Origin: Atractiella rhizophila
Lineage: Eukaryota
DNA length: 48,170 nt
Reading direction: 5' to 3'
Assembly (NCBI GenBank): GCA_021432655.1
Contig: MU271183.1
Span: 145,081 to 193,250 of the forward strand
Position numbers and translations under genes: made by a program. Positions 24,485 through 36,218 of the stretch are shown piece after piece (within the stretch, counting starts at the first letter, position 1; the number at the start of each line of letters is the position of its first letter). Under the pieces are notes generated by a model. It saw only the letters and a program-made list of their open reading frames with translations, was not told the DNA's origin and did not search any database.

Positions 24485-26445
24485 AGCTATCGACGACTTT
24501 TGACAAAATGCAACGAAAGTGCAAAAGATTGAGAAATGTTATGAGAACTGTGAAACCGATATATCTTCTTGGGAGTGAGTTCTTCTAGCCATAATACCTC
24601 CTGCTTTTATAGTCGAATACTTGAGCTTCCCCTTATCCAGGAATCAATCCTCTCATCAGCGAATAATGCGCGGTCAAGGTTCCCGTTCAACATCGAAAGT
24701 TTACTCTCACGAACCCTCCTCTGCAACCGTAGGTGGAGACGCGAAGTGCTTGAGCGCAGCCGCTGCGCGGGACTAGTTAAGCAGCTTCACGACGTTGATG
24801 GAAGAGCGCAGCTACTTCCACGCATTCTTTCTGCTGTGTGTAAGCATCGGACTTGGGGAATGAAAAGGTACAACAAAAAGGTAACAGAGTAAGACAGAAG
24901 AGCGTGACTGGCGGAAGCGTCGTTAACGACGCGCTTTCTACGACCTAGGAAAGTATGTTTACGTGAGAGCATCCCGGCTGCGAGAATGCTCACGTCTTTG
25001 AGCACAGTCGTCCTCTCACACGATTGCTCTCAGGTATAAGCGACAGAAGAAGCAACCGTAGCAGTAAGAGTGGAGAGAGGACAGAGCAACTCATGATCCC
25101 ACGTTCGTTCGCATACCGCATAACTTGAGAGCGTGGTGTCACACCCGGGGAGAACTAACGAGCTGCAAAGTTCGCAGATGGAAAATAAGAAAGTCAGATA
25201 CCTAATGCCCTCATAACTTAGGTAACGATGTAGGAGGAGGACCAGCCTGCGAAAGACCCGAGCTTCCTTCTCGAAGCTACGAAGCTACGGAGGCAACATA
25301 AGCCATAAGACTACAAAGTTATCGATGGAAGGATTGCAATGAGGTGGAAGCGCAGCGATAGCCTTCGATGGAGGAGGGGAGAAATGACACCTGAATCCTC
25401 AATGGAACATCCTGCGCAACGGCCGCAGAGCAAGCTTCTAGATGACCTGAACCTTTACACCTATCATCCTCATGATCAAAGGGAGACAGGATAGTTTTAG
25501 CATCAAGCAAAGGCAGAGCGAACTCGCGTTGTCAGTTCTGCGGGAAACTGATGGAAGTGACGCAGCTTCAAGTTGCAGATGGGTACGCGTATTCTTTTTG
25601 AATAATTTACGGACGAGACATTCGGAAGGAGGGACATACCATGTTCATGCCCACTTCGAGACCAATAGACAGCAAGAGGTTCTTTCACGATTCATTCTCA
25701 AAACAGACGCGCATCCGCTGGACTGCTTCTAGTAGTACCTCGTATCTGCGACCTCCACCGGCCGTCCTAGTTCATACGCCTCTGGTTGCCTGAGGTAGGT
25801 GTCGTCAGCGAGTCCTTGGTTACATCGACTCGGATGTCTTGAAGACCGTAGAACTTGCAGATTCTCTGATCTGGGAGCTCACTCGCTAGTGGTCACCCTC
25901 GACCCCTGTCACCAACTCCTACTAACCTATCTTTACCTTGTAGAGGAAGCCTCCACTGGTCCCAGCCCAATTCAAAACCATCGCTGACTCAGAGGCGAAA
26001 GGGGAATGCCACCGCATTCTCGAACTTTTCACACATTTTTCGTTGTAGATAGTAGATAGCGTGAATCGAGGTAGAAGAAGCTTATAGTAAGGTAGTTTTA
26101 GGATAGGGTAAACTGGGATTTGGAATGAATACTAGCGATGTTTCAGCGAAACAACGTCTGGAGAGAGACCTTTGTTCCTCATGAAGAGCGAACTTGATCT
26201 CCAACTTCATTGTTAAGGCAGAAAAATAACAGGAACGTAGTTTTCAACACATGTTCAATTCGTCGTCCTATCAAATTCTGTACACTGACTGGCATTCTGA
26301 ACTGACAAACTCTTTCGAGCAAGAGGAAACAAACAACACGAATTAATCATAAGTCATTGATTTGATTTAGTGCCTTAACCTGAGCTAGTTAAAGCGTTGC
26401 ATATGATACGCAAGAAAAGGACTCGTCGAGTCCAGATGCTCACGC

Positions 26446-27872
26446 TCAAGCGTCCACAGCTTCTATGGAGTCGAAGCTGTCACTAGCACTCAAGATGGTG
26501 GTATTGTGAAGGTCGCTCTCGACGTCCATGAGTGCTCCTTCGAGTGAGAAGGCGTCGCCTCCTTCGTAGGACGAACCGAGACTGCCGAATGAAGCGAAGG
26601 AAGTGTTACTCATCGCTGTTTCACAATCCCTTCTCAGCCCTTCGTTCGTTTTGGAAAGGACGTGGAGCAAAGAAGGATAAACCCACACTCCGGAATGGCG
26701 TATCCTGCATAACAGGCGATGATGGAGTTCAAGGAATCGGATTGACTCATTCCCGCCCCGTTGGTGCTGGGAGATCTCATCACTAGTCCAGAAGCAGATT
26801 TTATCAGTGTTCAGTCAAATGGAAGAGGGAGGAGAAGAGAGAGGAGAGATGGAAACACACTCGTAGCCGTTTTCTTTGTAGGCGAGAGCATAACCATATT
26901 GGTTTGATCATTCTTTCCATCTTTGATGCCAGTGGGTGGGGCGAAGGTTGGCATAGCAGGCATAGGAGGGATGAGTTCCTCAGGTTCGATCTCCTCCTTC
27001 AACGAGTGAAGAGATTGAAAGCGCTTCATTTTGGAATCTACCACCCAAACATCATACAATTAGGCGACAGGTTCCACATTCAAAAATTAGAGAGACTTAC
27101 ACTGGGTGTCGATCCTCCTGATAGGCGCAATCGCAGGACGGTGAAAGACGGGAGCAGCTTTCATGGTACCGATGACAGCAGAAGCGGGAATGGCGGCTTT
27201 CACTCTCGCTTGTACGAGAGGCGTCAAAGCCTTGCGACGTTCTTTCTTCTCCGCCGTAGCGTTTTCATCGCCATCATCGGTCTTCCGCCAAGCCTACAAA
27301 CCCAGGGAAGTTATCAGTCTTGCTGAAACATGGAAGATAGACGTACGCTAGGATTCGCTCCCATGGACCCAGTGCTCCTCGCCTTCCTCAACCCCTTAAA
27401 ACTCCCACTCCACCTCTTCCCTCCATCCTCTCCCATCGCCGCTGAGGACCACATAGCTGGTATGGTCTGAGCTGGTCTCGTTGGTCCAGTAAAACCTCCG
27501 GGACCTATAGAGAAGCCAAAGAGCTGAGCTTGACGCCGCCATCGATCTTCCACCAAGCCTACAAACCCAAGGAAGTTATCAGTCTTGCCGCAAATGGAAG
27601 ATAGGACGTACGCTAGGATTCGCCCCCATGGACCCAGTGCTCCTCGCCTTCCTCAACCCCTTAAAACTCCCGCTCCACCTCTTCCCTCCATCCTCTTCCA
27701 TCACCGCAGAGGACCACATAGCTGGTATGGTCTGAGCTGGTCTCGTTGGTCCAGTAAAACCTCCGGGACCGATAGAGAAGCCAAAGAGCTGAGCTTGAAC
27801 CGAAGTCCCATGTACCTTTCCCTCGAGTTTGAGGAGCGTCTTGGAGCGCGGAGAGAGGCAGGAGTCGGTCAT
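26446..27872 (-). CDS. Hypothetical spliced Ser/Pro-rich protein with a duplicated exon+intron
   Basis: MTDSCLSPRSK.. exon, GTACGT donors, later exons AWRKTDDGDE.., RFQSLHSLKEEIEPEE.., ..SFDSIEAVDA*. Head-to-head with CCT8. Confidence 0.55.
27270..27798. repeat. Tandem duplication ~265 bp x2 (about 27270-27533 and 27538-27798)
   Basis: Both copies encode QAQLFGFSIGPGGFTGPTRPAQTIPAMWSSA..GANPS plus the following intron, with substitutions and small indels. Confidence 0.93.
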
Positions 27873-28273
27873 TCTTTCTCGTTATGTGTTCGTAGTATTC
27901 GTATTCTTTCGTTAATTCAAGACTTGTTAAGCGTTGAGTCGTATCCCGTGAGGCCAAGGGCAGAGGCTGTCGTAAATTCAGACGAGACGAAGGTGCAAGA
28001 CTCGGACAGAAAAGCAAAGAGGTCGAAGTGGTCGTCCTGGGAATAGAAAGGAGAGGAAAGAGCAAGAAGGTATAAATAAGGGCCGGATTTGTGAAGCGGA
28101 AGAGGTGGTCGTTCGATTCTCAGACAAACTAAGAAAGGCGGGAAGGAGCACAAGTTACGTAACTGTCTCAGTTTGGTGAGCGTACGTCCACAGAAAGCGT
28201 GACAGAGTGACAAACAGTGACACTCGCACCTCCTCCAAAATTTCCAAGTGCAATCGTGAACAATTCAGCAGCG

Positions 28274-31200
28274 ATGTCACTCAAGCTCCCATCAAAGACT
28301 GGCCTCCCCCTCTTCAAAGAGGGCTACACCTTCTCCTCCGGCCTCGAAGAGTCGATCATCCGCAACATCCAGGCGCTGTCCCAGCTCGCAGAGATCGTGC
28401 GCACGAGTTATGGGCCACAGGGGAGGAACAAGATCGTGATTAACCACCTGGATCGTACCTTCGTCACCAATGAGGCGTCCACCATCTTGAGGGAGTTGGA
28501 GGTCGTGCATCCTGCCGCGAAGATGGCGACGAGCAATGTGGAGGCGATGGGTGAAGAGGTTCGTCTTTCTCCTCTTGAGACGATGGAAAACGCGGAGACT
28601 GCCTTTTTTGAGCTTTCTTTTGAACAGAGCACAATGTGATTTAGTTGTGTTTGTAAATCTTGAACAAGAAGCGCGTCAATATCCGAAAGCTTTCCTTTCA
28701 TTCATGATCTACTTTGACTCCTTTTGGAGGAGTAAATGGTATTTGATAAATACCTTTGATTGATGACACTTCCTTTTAATGTCGCCAAAATGATTGAAGG
28801 ATTGCATCGGATCATATGCCTACTATATGCTTCTAGCTCCTTTCTCCTTCCCTTCTAAGCGAGTGCTTACAGATGAAGAAGACATCTGTCCTCATATCAC
28901 TACAAGAAACGACTCATACAGTATAATTTTGTAAACACTTTCTGCCTTCATCCCTTTCTAAACGAAAAGTTGCGGTAGACAGATCTTCGTGGACTGTGCA
29001 CTGATCCAGCTGTATTGCATTTTATTCCTCCTCTCAATTTCCTTTCCAAACAACAACACTCTTGTTACTCATCAGAAGTCTCTCCTCCTGTCGTATTCCC
29101 CACAAATTGCTGCCTATTCCGTTGCTGAAACCTGAGCGGTGTTCACCGTTTACAACGCGACGAACCACTTTTGGGAGCAGCTGAGGGCAGGTCGAGCTGA
29201 TGTGTTCTCGCTCCTTTGACGATGCCTTGTAGTTGCAGAGTCTGTCCCCTCCTTTAACTACTACATGGTAGTAGCGTGCGTTACATTTAGGTCGTCAGAG
29301 CACGGCTCGACTTTCAAGCTTGTTCTACCCGCAGGCTTTGTCTGCTTCCTAAATGCTCGGGACAACCCGCTAGTAGGGTGGATATTCAGAACGTTCATGA
29401 GATCAATCTGTTTACACATCCGATGATGAGAGGACGAATGGGAAAGCGATGAAGTCAGCTTACGCTCGACTAAATGTTAAACTGAATGCTGCGAAAGAAC
29501 GCATCATACTGACTGAGCACGCATGTCTTCAGTCGTTTCTCTTTCTAGTCCTCTCATCAAAACATCTTCTCTCTATCTAAAACCCTAGACGACATTCGTA
29601 CAGAGGCACTGACTGTTGTTTATTCAGATCGGCGATCGCTCCAACCTCGTCCTCATGCTCTGCGGAGAGCTACTGAAGAAGTCAGAGTCCCTCCTATTGA
29701 TGGGCCTACACCCTTCGGAGATCGTAGAGGGATGGGAGGTTGCAGGTCAAAAGTGTCTTCAAGAACTTGATTGTCCGTCCTTCATTTCACGAAGCAGATG
29801 TCAGACTGACAGAAACGAACCCTACCTAGCACTGGCCGTCCAGACGCTACCGATTCCTCCCACGACGGAAAGCATTACGACCCTACTGAGGACCGTTTTG
29901 GGAAGCAAACATTATGGCAACGAAGATTATGTCAGTTCACTCGTCGCTGAAGCCGTTCTTCAAGTTCTCGTGCGTCTATTTTCTGTATTGTTGCTTCCAA
30001 TTGACGCTTCTCAAAGCCCAATGACTTGACGAAATTCACACCCGACTCCATTCGAGTGGTGAAGATTATGGGCGGTTCATTGTCTCAGTCGAAGGTGGTG
30101 AAAGGAATGGTCTTCCCTCGTGAACCTGAAGGTATGTTCGGTGATAGTATGTGAAAGTGGATTCGAGCAATATCATAGGCAGCATCAAGCGTGTGACGAA
30201 TGCTAAAGTTGGAGTCTTCACCAGCGGAGTCGACATTGCCACGACGGAGACGAAAGGAACCGTTCTGCTGAAGAACTCGGAGGAGCTTTTGGGCTTCAGT
30301 AAAGGGGAAGAGGAGCAATTGGAGAAGGTTGGTAGCCTTTCCTTTATTTCGCGGGTATTGAAGCTAGGTTCGATAGACTATCAAAGAGCTCGCCGATTCT
30401 GGGATGAAGGTCTTGGTCGCGGGTTCGACAGTTGGTGACCTTGCCCTTCATTACCTTTCCAAATACTCCATCCTCCTCCTCCGCATACCCTCCAAATTCG
30501 ATCTCCAACGTTTATGCCGAGTCGTAGGCGCTACTCCTCTCGCCCGTCTCGGTGCTCCCACGGCAGAAGAAATGGGCTACGTCTCCGTTGTCGAGGCGAT
30601 CGAGATTGGTGGGGACCGGGTGACTGTCTTCCGGCAAGAAGAGGGCTCAGATTCTCGCACCTCTACCATCCTCCTGCGGGGAAATACAACGTCTTATCTC
30701 GATGCTCTCGATCGATCTATTGGATCTTCCCTCCATGTCGTTAAGGCGATGCTTCGGGACTCAAGACTGGTGCCAGGTGCAGGAGCGACGGAGCTGGAGC
30801 TGAGCAAGAGGGTTGCTGAGTTCGGAGAGAAGACTGCAGGCATGAAACAACATGCCATCAAACGCTTTGCAGATGCGTTGGAAGTCGTACCTAGGACTTT
30901 GGTCGAGAATGCTGGCGGTGGAGGTGCTGAGGGTTCAGAAGTGATGGGTCGCTTGTATGCACGACATCAACAAGCAGGAGGGGAAGCGATTGGAGTAGAC
31001 GTCGAGGTATGCATTTCCTATGTTCCCTAGATCTTCTCTCACGATTAGCAGGGTGAGGGAGACGGCACACTGGACACGAAAAAAGCTGGAATATATGATC
31101 TCCTCGTTGGAACACAATGGGGTATCAAACTTGCTGTCGACGCAGCGACTTCAATTCTCCGTGTAGACGGTATCATCATGTCCAAGTACTTCGTTCTCTC

Positions 31201-31286
31201 TCATTTCGAAACGTCAACTAAACCATCTGTTTAGGCCGGCTGGGTTGAAAGCACCGAAACAAAACCCGAACTGGGATGAAGATTAG
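28274..31286 (+). CDS. CCT8: Chaperonin CCT/TRiC theta subunit
   Basis: LFKEGY..SGLEE, RTSYGPQGRNKIVINHL, ELEVVHPAAK, IRVVKIMGGS, TETKGTVLLKN, SKFDLQRLCRVVGATPL, VPGAGATELEL, C-terminal NPNWDED*. Intron 1 spans 28559-29627. Confidence 0.96.
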
Positions 31287-31722
31287 ATTGTCAAGTTGTG
31301 CTTGTAACCAGACCTAAATGCAAAAATTTACAATAATCTGATACATTGCAAGAACTACATGATCATCTGAGCTTCCGAACTCTTACCCTAAAGATCTCCT
31401 AACGTCTCAAATTGTGAAGTTTGATTCTTGTAGGATGGCTGTCTGACTCTCTACCCATTCAAGTCGCTCAATCGAATCAAGTACGAGGAGTGATAGAAGT
31501 CGGAAGGACACAGTCAATGGGAGCTATTCCGAAATCCCACTTGAGCCCTTTTCAAAACCCAGCAAAGAGGTGATTCCAATTTGTCTGGCCTCATCAAGGT
31601 CTCCATGTTCAGTGATCAGCTCTAGGTCGGTGAAGGCGTAAGAGGGGAGATAATACTTCGAAAGGACATTGGGAGGGAAAGTTTCTTTAAGTGGCTGGTG
31701 TTAGAAACGGATGGGAAGCTCC

Positions 31723-34700
31723 TCTGATGGCCGACAGGGATAGAAAACTGTCAGCCGCGAGACAGCGATTCCTAGCAATGATAAGGCTTCGAAGTATATG
31801 TAGCCTAGGAAAGGTGAATGCGGGTTCCAATAAAATGGTGTCTAATTCTATGCGAAAGAGGTTAAATGGTTCGCTGCTATTGCTCGTGTTGTTCCAGTTT
31901 CAATCAAAATATCGACGTTGAATACAGAAACATGGCAATTGCAAATGGTTCCGTTCACATTTTGGGCTTCAAGCGGTCAAGTCACACTTACCAGGGTGAT
32001 ATGCGCACCATTCGCTCTGGAGCATAATAGTTTGAATGCCCCTCCTCTTAGCACGGTAGCTATTCGTCCACCAATCAGCATCAAATATAAGAAAGGGGAC
32101 ATGACAACCGACCTCCAGTCATGAAGGCGAGGAAGCGCCTCTGCAACGTCTCCACCTCCACTCCACCAAAGCTCACCTGCAGCGGCAGCTCTGGGCCTGT
32201 TTCCATCCGTTCAACTCCTTCCCATGAAGTAGAAAGAAATATTCACCAGACGATGCTGTCCACGTTCTCCGGCCCAGATTGTTCTGCCCATAGCAGTGTT
32301 TGACCTCCAATGACGAGATCTCTTTTATCATCCGTGACATTTGCGTAAGGGTCGAAGGCGTAGATGTGTTGCCATGTCTTGAATGGCGCACACCAAGAAC
32401 CACAAGTTGGACAGTCGCCAACCCAACCTCCGGCTCCACCTGCAAACGTCTCAGTAAATAGAAGTTCGAGGGAAAATAGACAGCGGCCTACAGTCGAGGT
32501 AGAAATAGTTTGACGCGGCGTGAATGATCTTGTAGTTAGCCTCGATCGCTTCTTTTACGAAGGACGAATCTCGCCAGACAATGACGAGGGACTCGTTGCT
32601 GATCTGGTGGGTTTGACCGACCTGGTGATTCAACGCAATCTCGTCCCAAACGGCGGGAACCTGAGCCCTTTCTTAATGAATTGAACATTGGGAAGGACAG
32701 GCGAGACCTTGCCGTTCTTCGCCAGAGACTGATGAGTCTTTACGACGAAGTTGGTGACAGCATCTTCAATCGTCCAGTTTTTAGCGGCTAGCAAATCCTG
32801 TGTCGGTCCATCATTGTTGTAGCAGTTCAGGTTCTACAGTTGCCAGGATTGAGAGGAATGTCGCAGTAAAGAAATCAACGGGCTTACAACTTCATCTCCC
32901 CCAGTGGAGAAGTAATGACCTTTGCATAATCTCTCAGCATGGTTCAGAGCACATTCATATTTGTAAAAGCTCACCCGGAGTAAGAGACGTCAACTCGTCA
33001 AACAATCCCGCCACAAATTCAACACCATCATCCGTCAACCTCACTTGTCCTGACGGCGGTTCCGCGGCGTAAGTTCCCCAAGGCGAAGCCTCAATGCACG
33101 CTCCAAGCTCAGGGAAAGCCTTTCCGACAGCCGACATATGACCAGGACTGTCCACCTCAACCATGGTGGTGATTCCGCGCTCTTGAGCGTACTTTAGGAC
33201 TTCTACAAAGTCCTTTTGGGAGTAAGTTTGTTCGGGGGAGAAGGCAGCGGCTTCGGAAAGGAGGGAGTAGGGAGCTTTAGAGAGGGAGAGAGGGAAAGAG
33301 TTGGAATCGACGATGTGCCAGTGGAAGACGTTTAACTATTGCGCCGATGGTCAAGGGGGAATGAATATTGAAAGAGTCGTGCACCTTAGCATAAGACATA
33401 GCATCCAGCTGTCTCTTCACCGCATCCAGAGGGAACCAATTCCTTGAGGTATCCAGAAGGAAGCCTGTCAATCACTCTCATCAGGACGTCCGTGCAAGTA
33501 AACAGCGAACGGATCAAGCATACCACGATACGCGAAGGCAGGCTTGTCCTGGATCTTCAACGGCACGTCGACGATGTACCTGTCCTTCTTACCCTTCTTC
33601 GGCAATTGATACACGAGTTGACTGAAGCTCTCCAATCCTCTCAGGAATCCCAGGGCAGGCAACTAGAAAATAGTAGAACATTCCAGAAAACTAAAGAACT
33701 TTGCCACTGAGTGGCACGAAACTAGACTGCAAAATCCAACAGAAACTCATCTGATGGCCGACAGGGATAGAAAAACTGTCAGCCTCGAGACAGCGATTCC
33801 TAGCAATGATAAGGCTTCGAAGTATATGTAGCCTAGGAAAGGTGAATGCGGTATCCAATAAAATGGTGTCTAATTCTATGCAAAAGAGGTTAAATGGTTC
33901 GCTGCTATTGCTCGTGTTGTTCCAGTTTCAATCAAAATATCGACGTTGAATACAGAAACATGGCAATTGCAAATGGTTCCGTTGACATTTTCGGCTTCAA
34001 GCAGTCAAGTCACACTTACCAGGGTGATATGCGCACCATTCGCTCTGGAGCATAATAGTTTGAATGCCCCTCCTCTTAGCACGGTAGCTATTCGTCCACC
34101 AATCAGCATCAAATATATGAAAGACAACCGACCTCCAGTCATGAAGGCGAGGAAGCGCCTCTGCAACGTCTCCACCTCCACTCCACCAAAGCTCACCTGC
34201 AGCGGCAGCTCTGGGCCTGTTTCCATCCGTTCAACTCCTTCCCATGAAGTAGAAAGAAATATTTACCAGACGATGCTGTCCACGTTCTCCGGCCCAGATT
34301 GTTCTGCCCATAGCAGTGTTTGACCTCCAATGACGAGATCTCTTTTATCATCCGTGACATTTGCGTAAGGGTCGAAGGTGTAGATGTGTTGCCATGTCTT
34401 GAATGGCGCACACCAAGAACCACAAGTTGGACAGTCGCCAACCCAACCTCCGGCTCCACCTGCAAACGTCTCAGTAAATAGAAGTTCGAGGGAAAATACA
34501 CAGCGGCCTACAGTCGAGGTAGAAATAGTTTGACGCGGCGTGAATGATCTTGTAGTTAGCCTCGATCGCTTCTTTTACGAAGGACGAGTCTCGCCAGACA
34601 ATGACGAGGGACTCGTTGCTGATCTGGTGGGTTTGACCGACCTGGTGATTCAACGCAATCTCGTCCCAAACGGCGGGAACCTGAGCCCTTTCTTAATGAA

Positions 34701-35677
34701 TTGAACATTGGAAAGGACAGGCGAGACCTTGCCGTTCTTCGCCAGAGACTGATGAGTCTTTACGACGAAGTTGGTGACAGCATCTTCAATCGTCCAGTTT
34801 TTAGCGGCTAGCAAATCCTGTGTCGGTCCATCATTGTTGTAGCAGTTCAGGTTCTACAGTTGCCAGGATTGAGAGGAATGTCGCAGTAAAAGAAATCAAC
34901 GGGCTTACAACTTCATCTCCCCCAGTGGAGAAGTAATGACCTTTGCATAATCTCTCAGCATGGTTCAGAGCACATTCATATTTGTAAAAGCTCACCCGGA
35001 GTAAGAGACGTCAACTCGTCAAACAATCCCGCCACAAATTCAACACCATCATCCGTCAACCTCACTTGTCCTGACGGCGGTTCCGCGGCGTAAGTTCCCC
35101 AAGGCGAAGCCTCAATGCACGCTCCAAGCTCAGGGAAAGCCTTTCCGACAGCCGACATATGACCAGGACTGTCCACCTCAACCATGGTGGTGATTCCGCG
35201 CTCTTGAGCGTACTTTAGGACTTCTACAAAGTCCTTTTGGGAGTAAGTTTGTTCGGGGGAGAAGGCAGCGGCTTCGGAAAGGAGGGAGTAGGGAGCTTTA
35301 GAGAGGGAGAGAGGGAAAGAGTTGGAATCGACGATGTGCCAGTGGAAGACGTTTAACTATTGCGCCGATGGTCAAGGGGGAATGAATATTGAAAGAGTCG
35401 TGAACCTTAGCATAAGACATAGCATCCAGCTGTCTCTTCACCGCATCCAGAGGGAACCAATTCCTTGAGGTATCCAGAAGGAAGCCTGTCAATCACTCTC
35501 ATCAGGACGTCCGTGCAAGTAAACAGCGAACGGATCAAGCATACCACGATACGCGAAGGCAGGCTTGTCCTGGATCTTCAACGGCACGTCGACGATGTAC
35601 CTGTCCTTCTTACCCTTCTTCGGCAATTGATACACGAGTTGACTGAAGCTTTCCAATCCTCTCAGGAATCCCAGGGC
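31723..35677. repeat. Near-identical direct duplication ~1.93 kb (31723-33656 and 33750-35677) with a 93-bp unique spacer
   Basis: Both copies start tctgatggccgacagg and end aggaatcccagggc, with only scattered SNPs and small indels. Confidence 0.96.
31969..33656 (-). pseudogene. 5'-truncated second copy of the GH20 hexosaminidase gene (or the alternate haplotype)
   Basis: Nearly identical to 33997-35677 but lacks the start codon, signal peptide and most of the N-terminal domain. Confidence 0.75.
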
Positions 35678-36218
35678 GGATCCTGCCTCAAGAACAGCCT
35701 CCCCCTTTTGCGGTATTGTTAACGAGTAAGCTTCATCCCACTCCTCTAGAGGTGCATTCGTCTCCTCTGCCACGGTCTTCAACGTCCCCTTAGGAATACT
35801 GGATTCCGAGACTGCGCGTGGGAGAGCCTGGAAGCCAGGCAGGGCAAATTCAGCTTCATTGCCTGCAGCTGAGCGTTTGGTTTTTGGAGAGGAGAGTTTG
35901 AGGACGAGTGCGCTGAGTGTATCGGCGGAGGAGACAGCGGATTCGTCCTCTGCACCACGGGAAGGTATCATACGCCCATGCTCGTCCTTTATCAGGTGTG
36001 ACTTCGTCCGGTCGACTGCTTTTTGGAGGTCCTATTCCATCATATTAGCTCAAATTCATTCGAGGATGTTGGATTCGCACAGAAGGAGCATGGAATCCAT
36101 TCGTTCGTATGCCAAATCCATCTGATAGCCTTACAACTCCTTCTCCCTTCTGGAAGGAAACTGGCGCGGGCCACAGCGCGAGAGCGGCCGGAAGCAGGAG
36201 TGGTAGAAGGAGCATCAT
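33997..36218 (-). CDS. Beta-N-acetylhexosaminidase, GH20, secreted
   Basis: Signal peptide plus LWPAP; IQDKPAFAYRG|FLLDTSRNWF, FHWHIVDSNSFP, EVDSPGH, catalytic FSTGGDEV, YFYLDC, SWCAPFKTWQHIY, GGQTLLWAEQ, VWPRAAA, SEWCAYHPGKCDLTA*. Confidence 0.95.
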
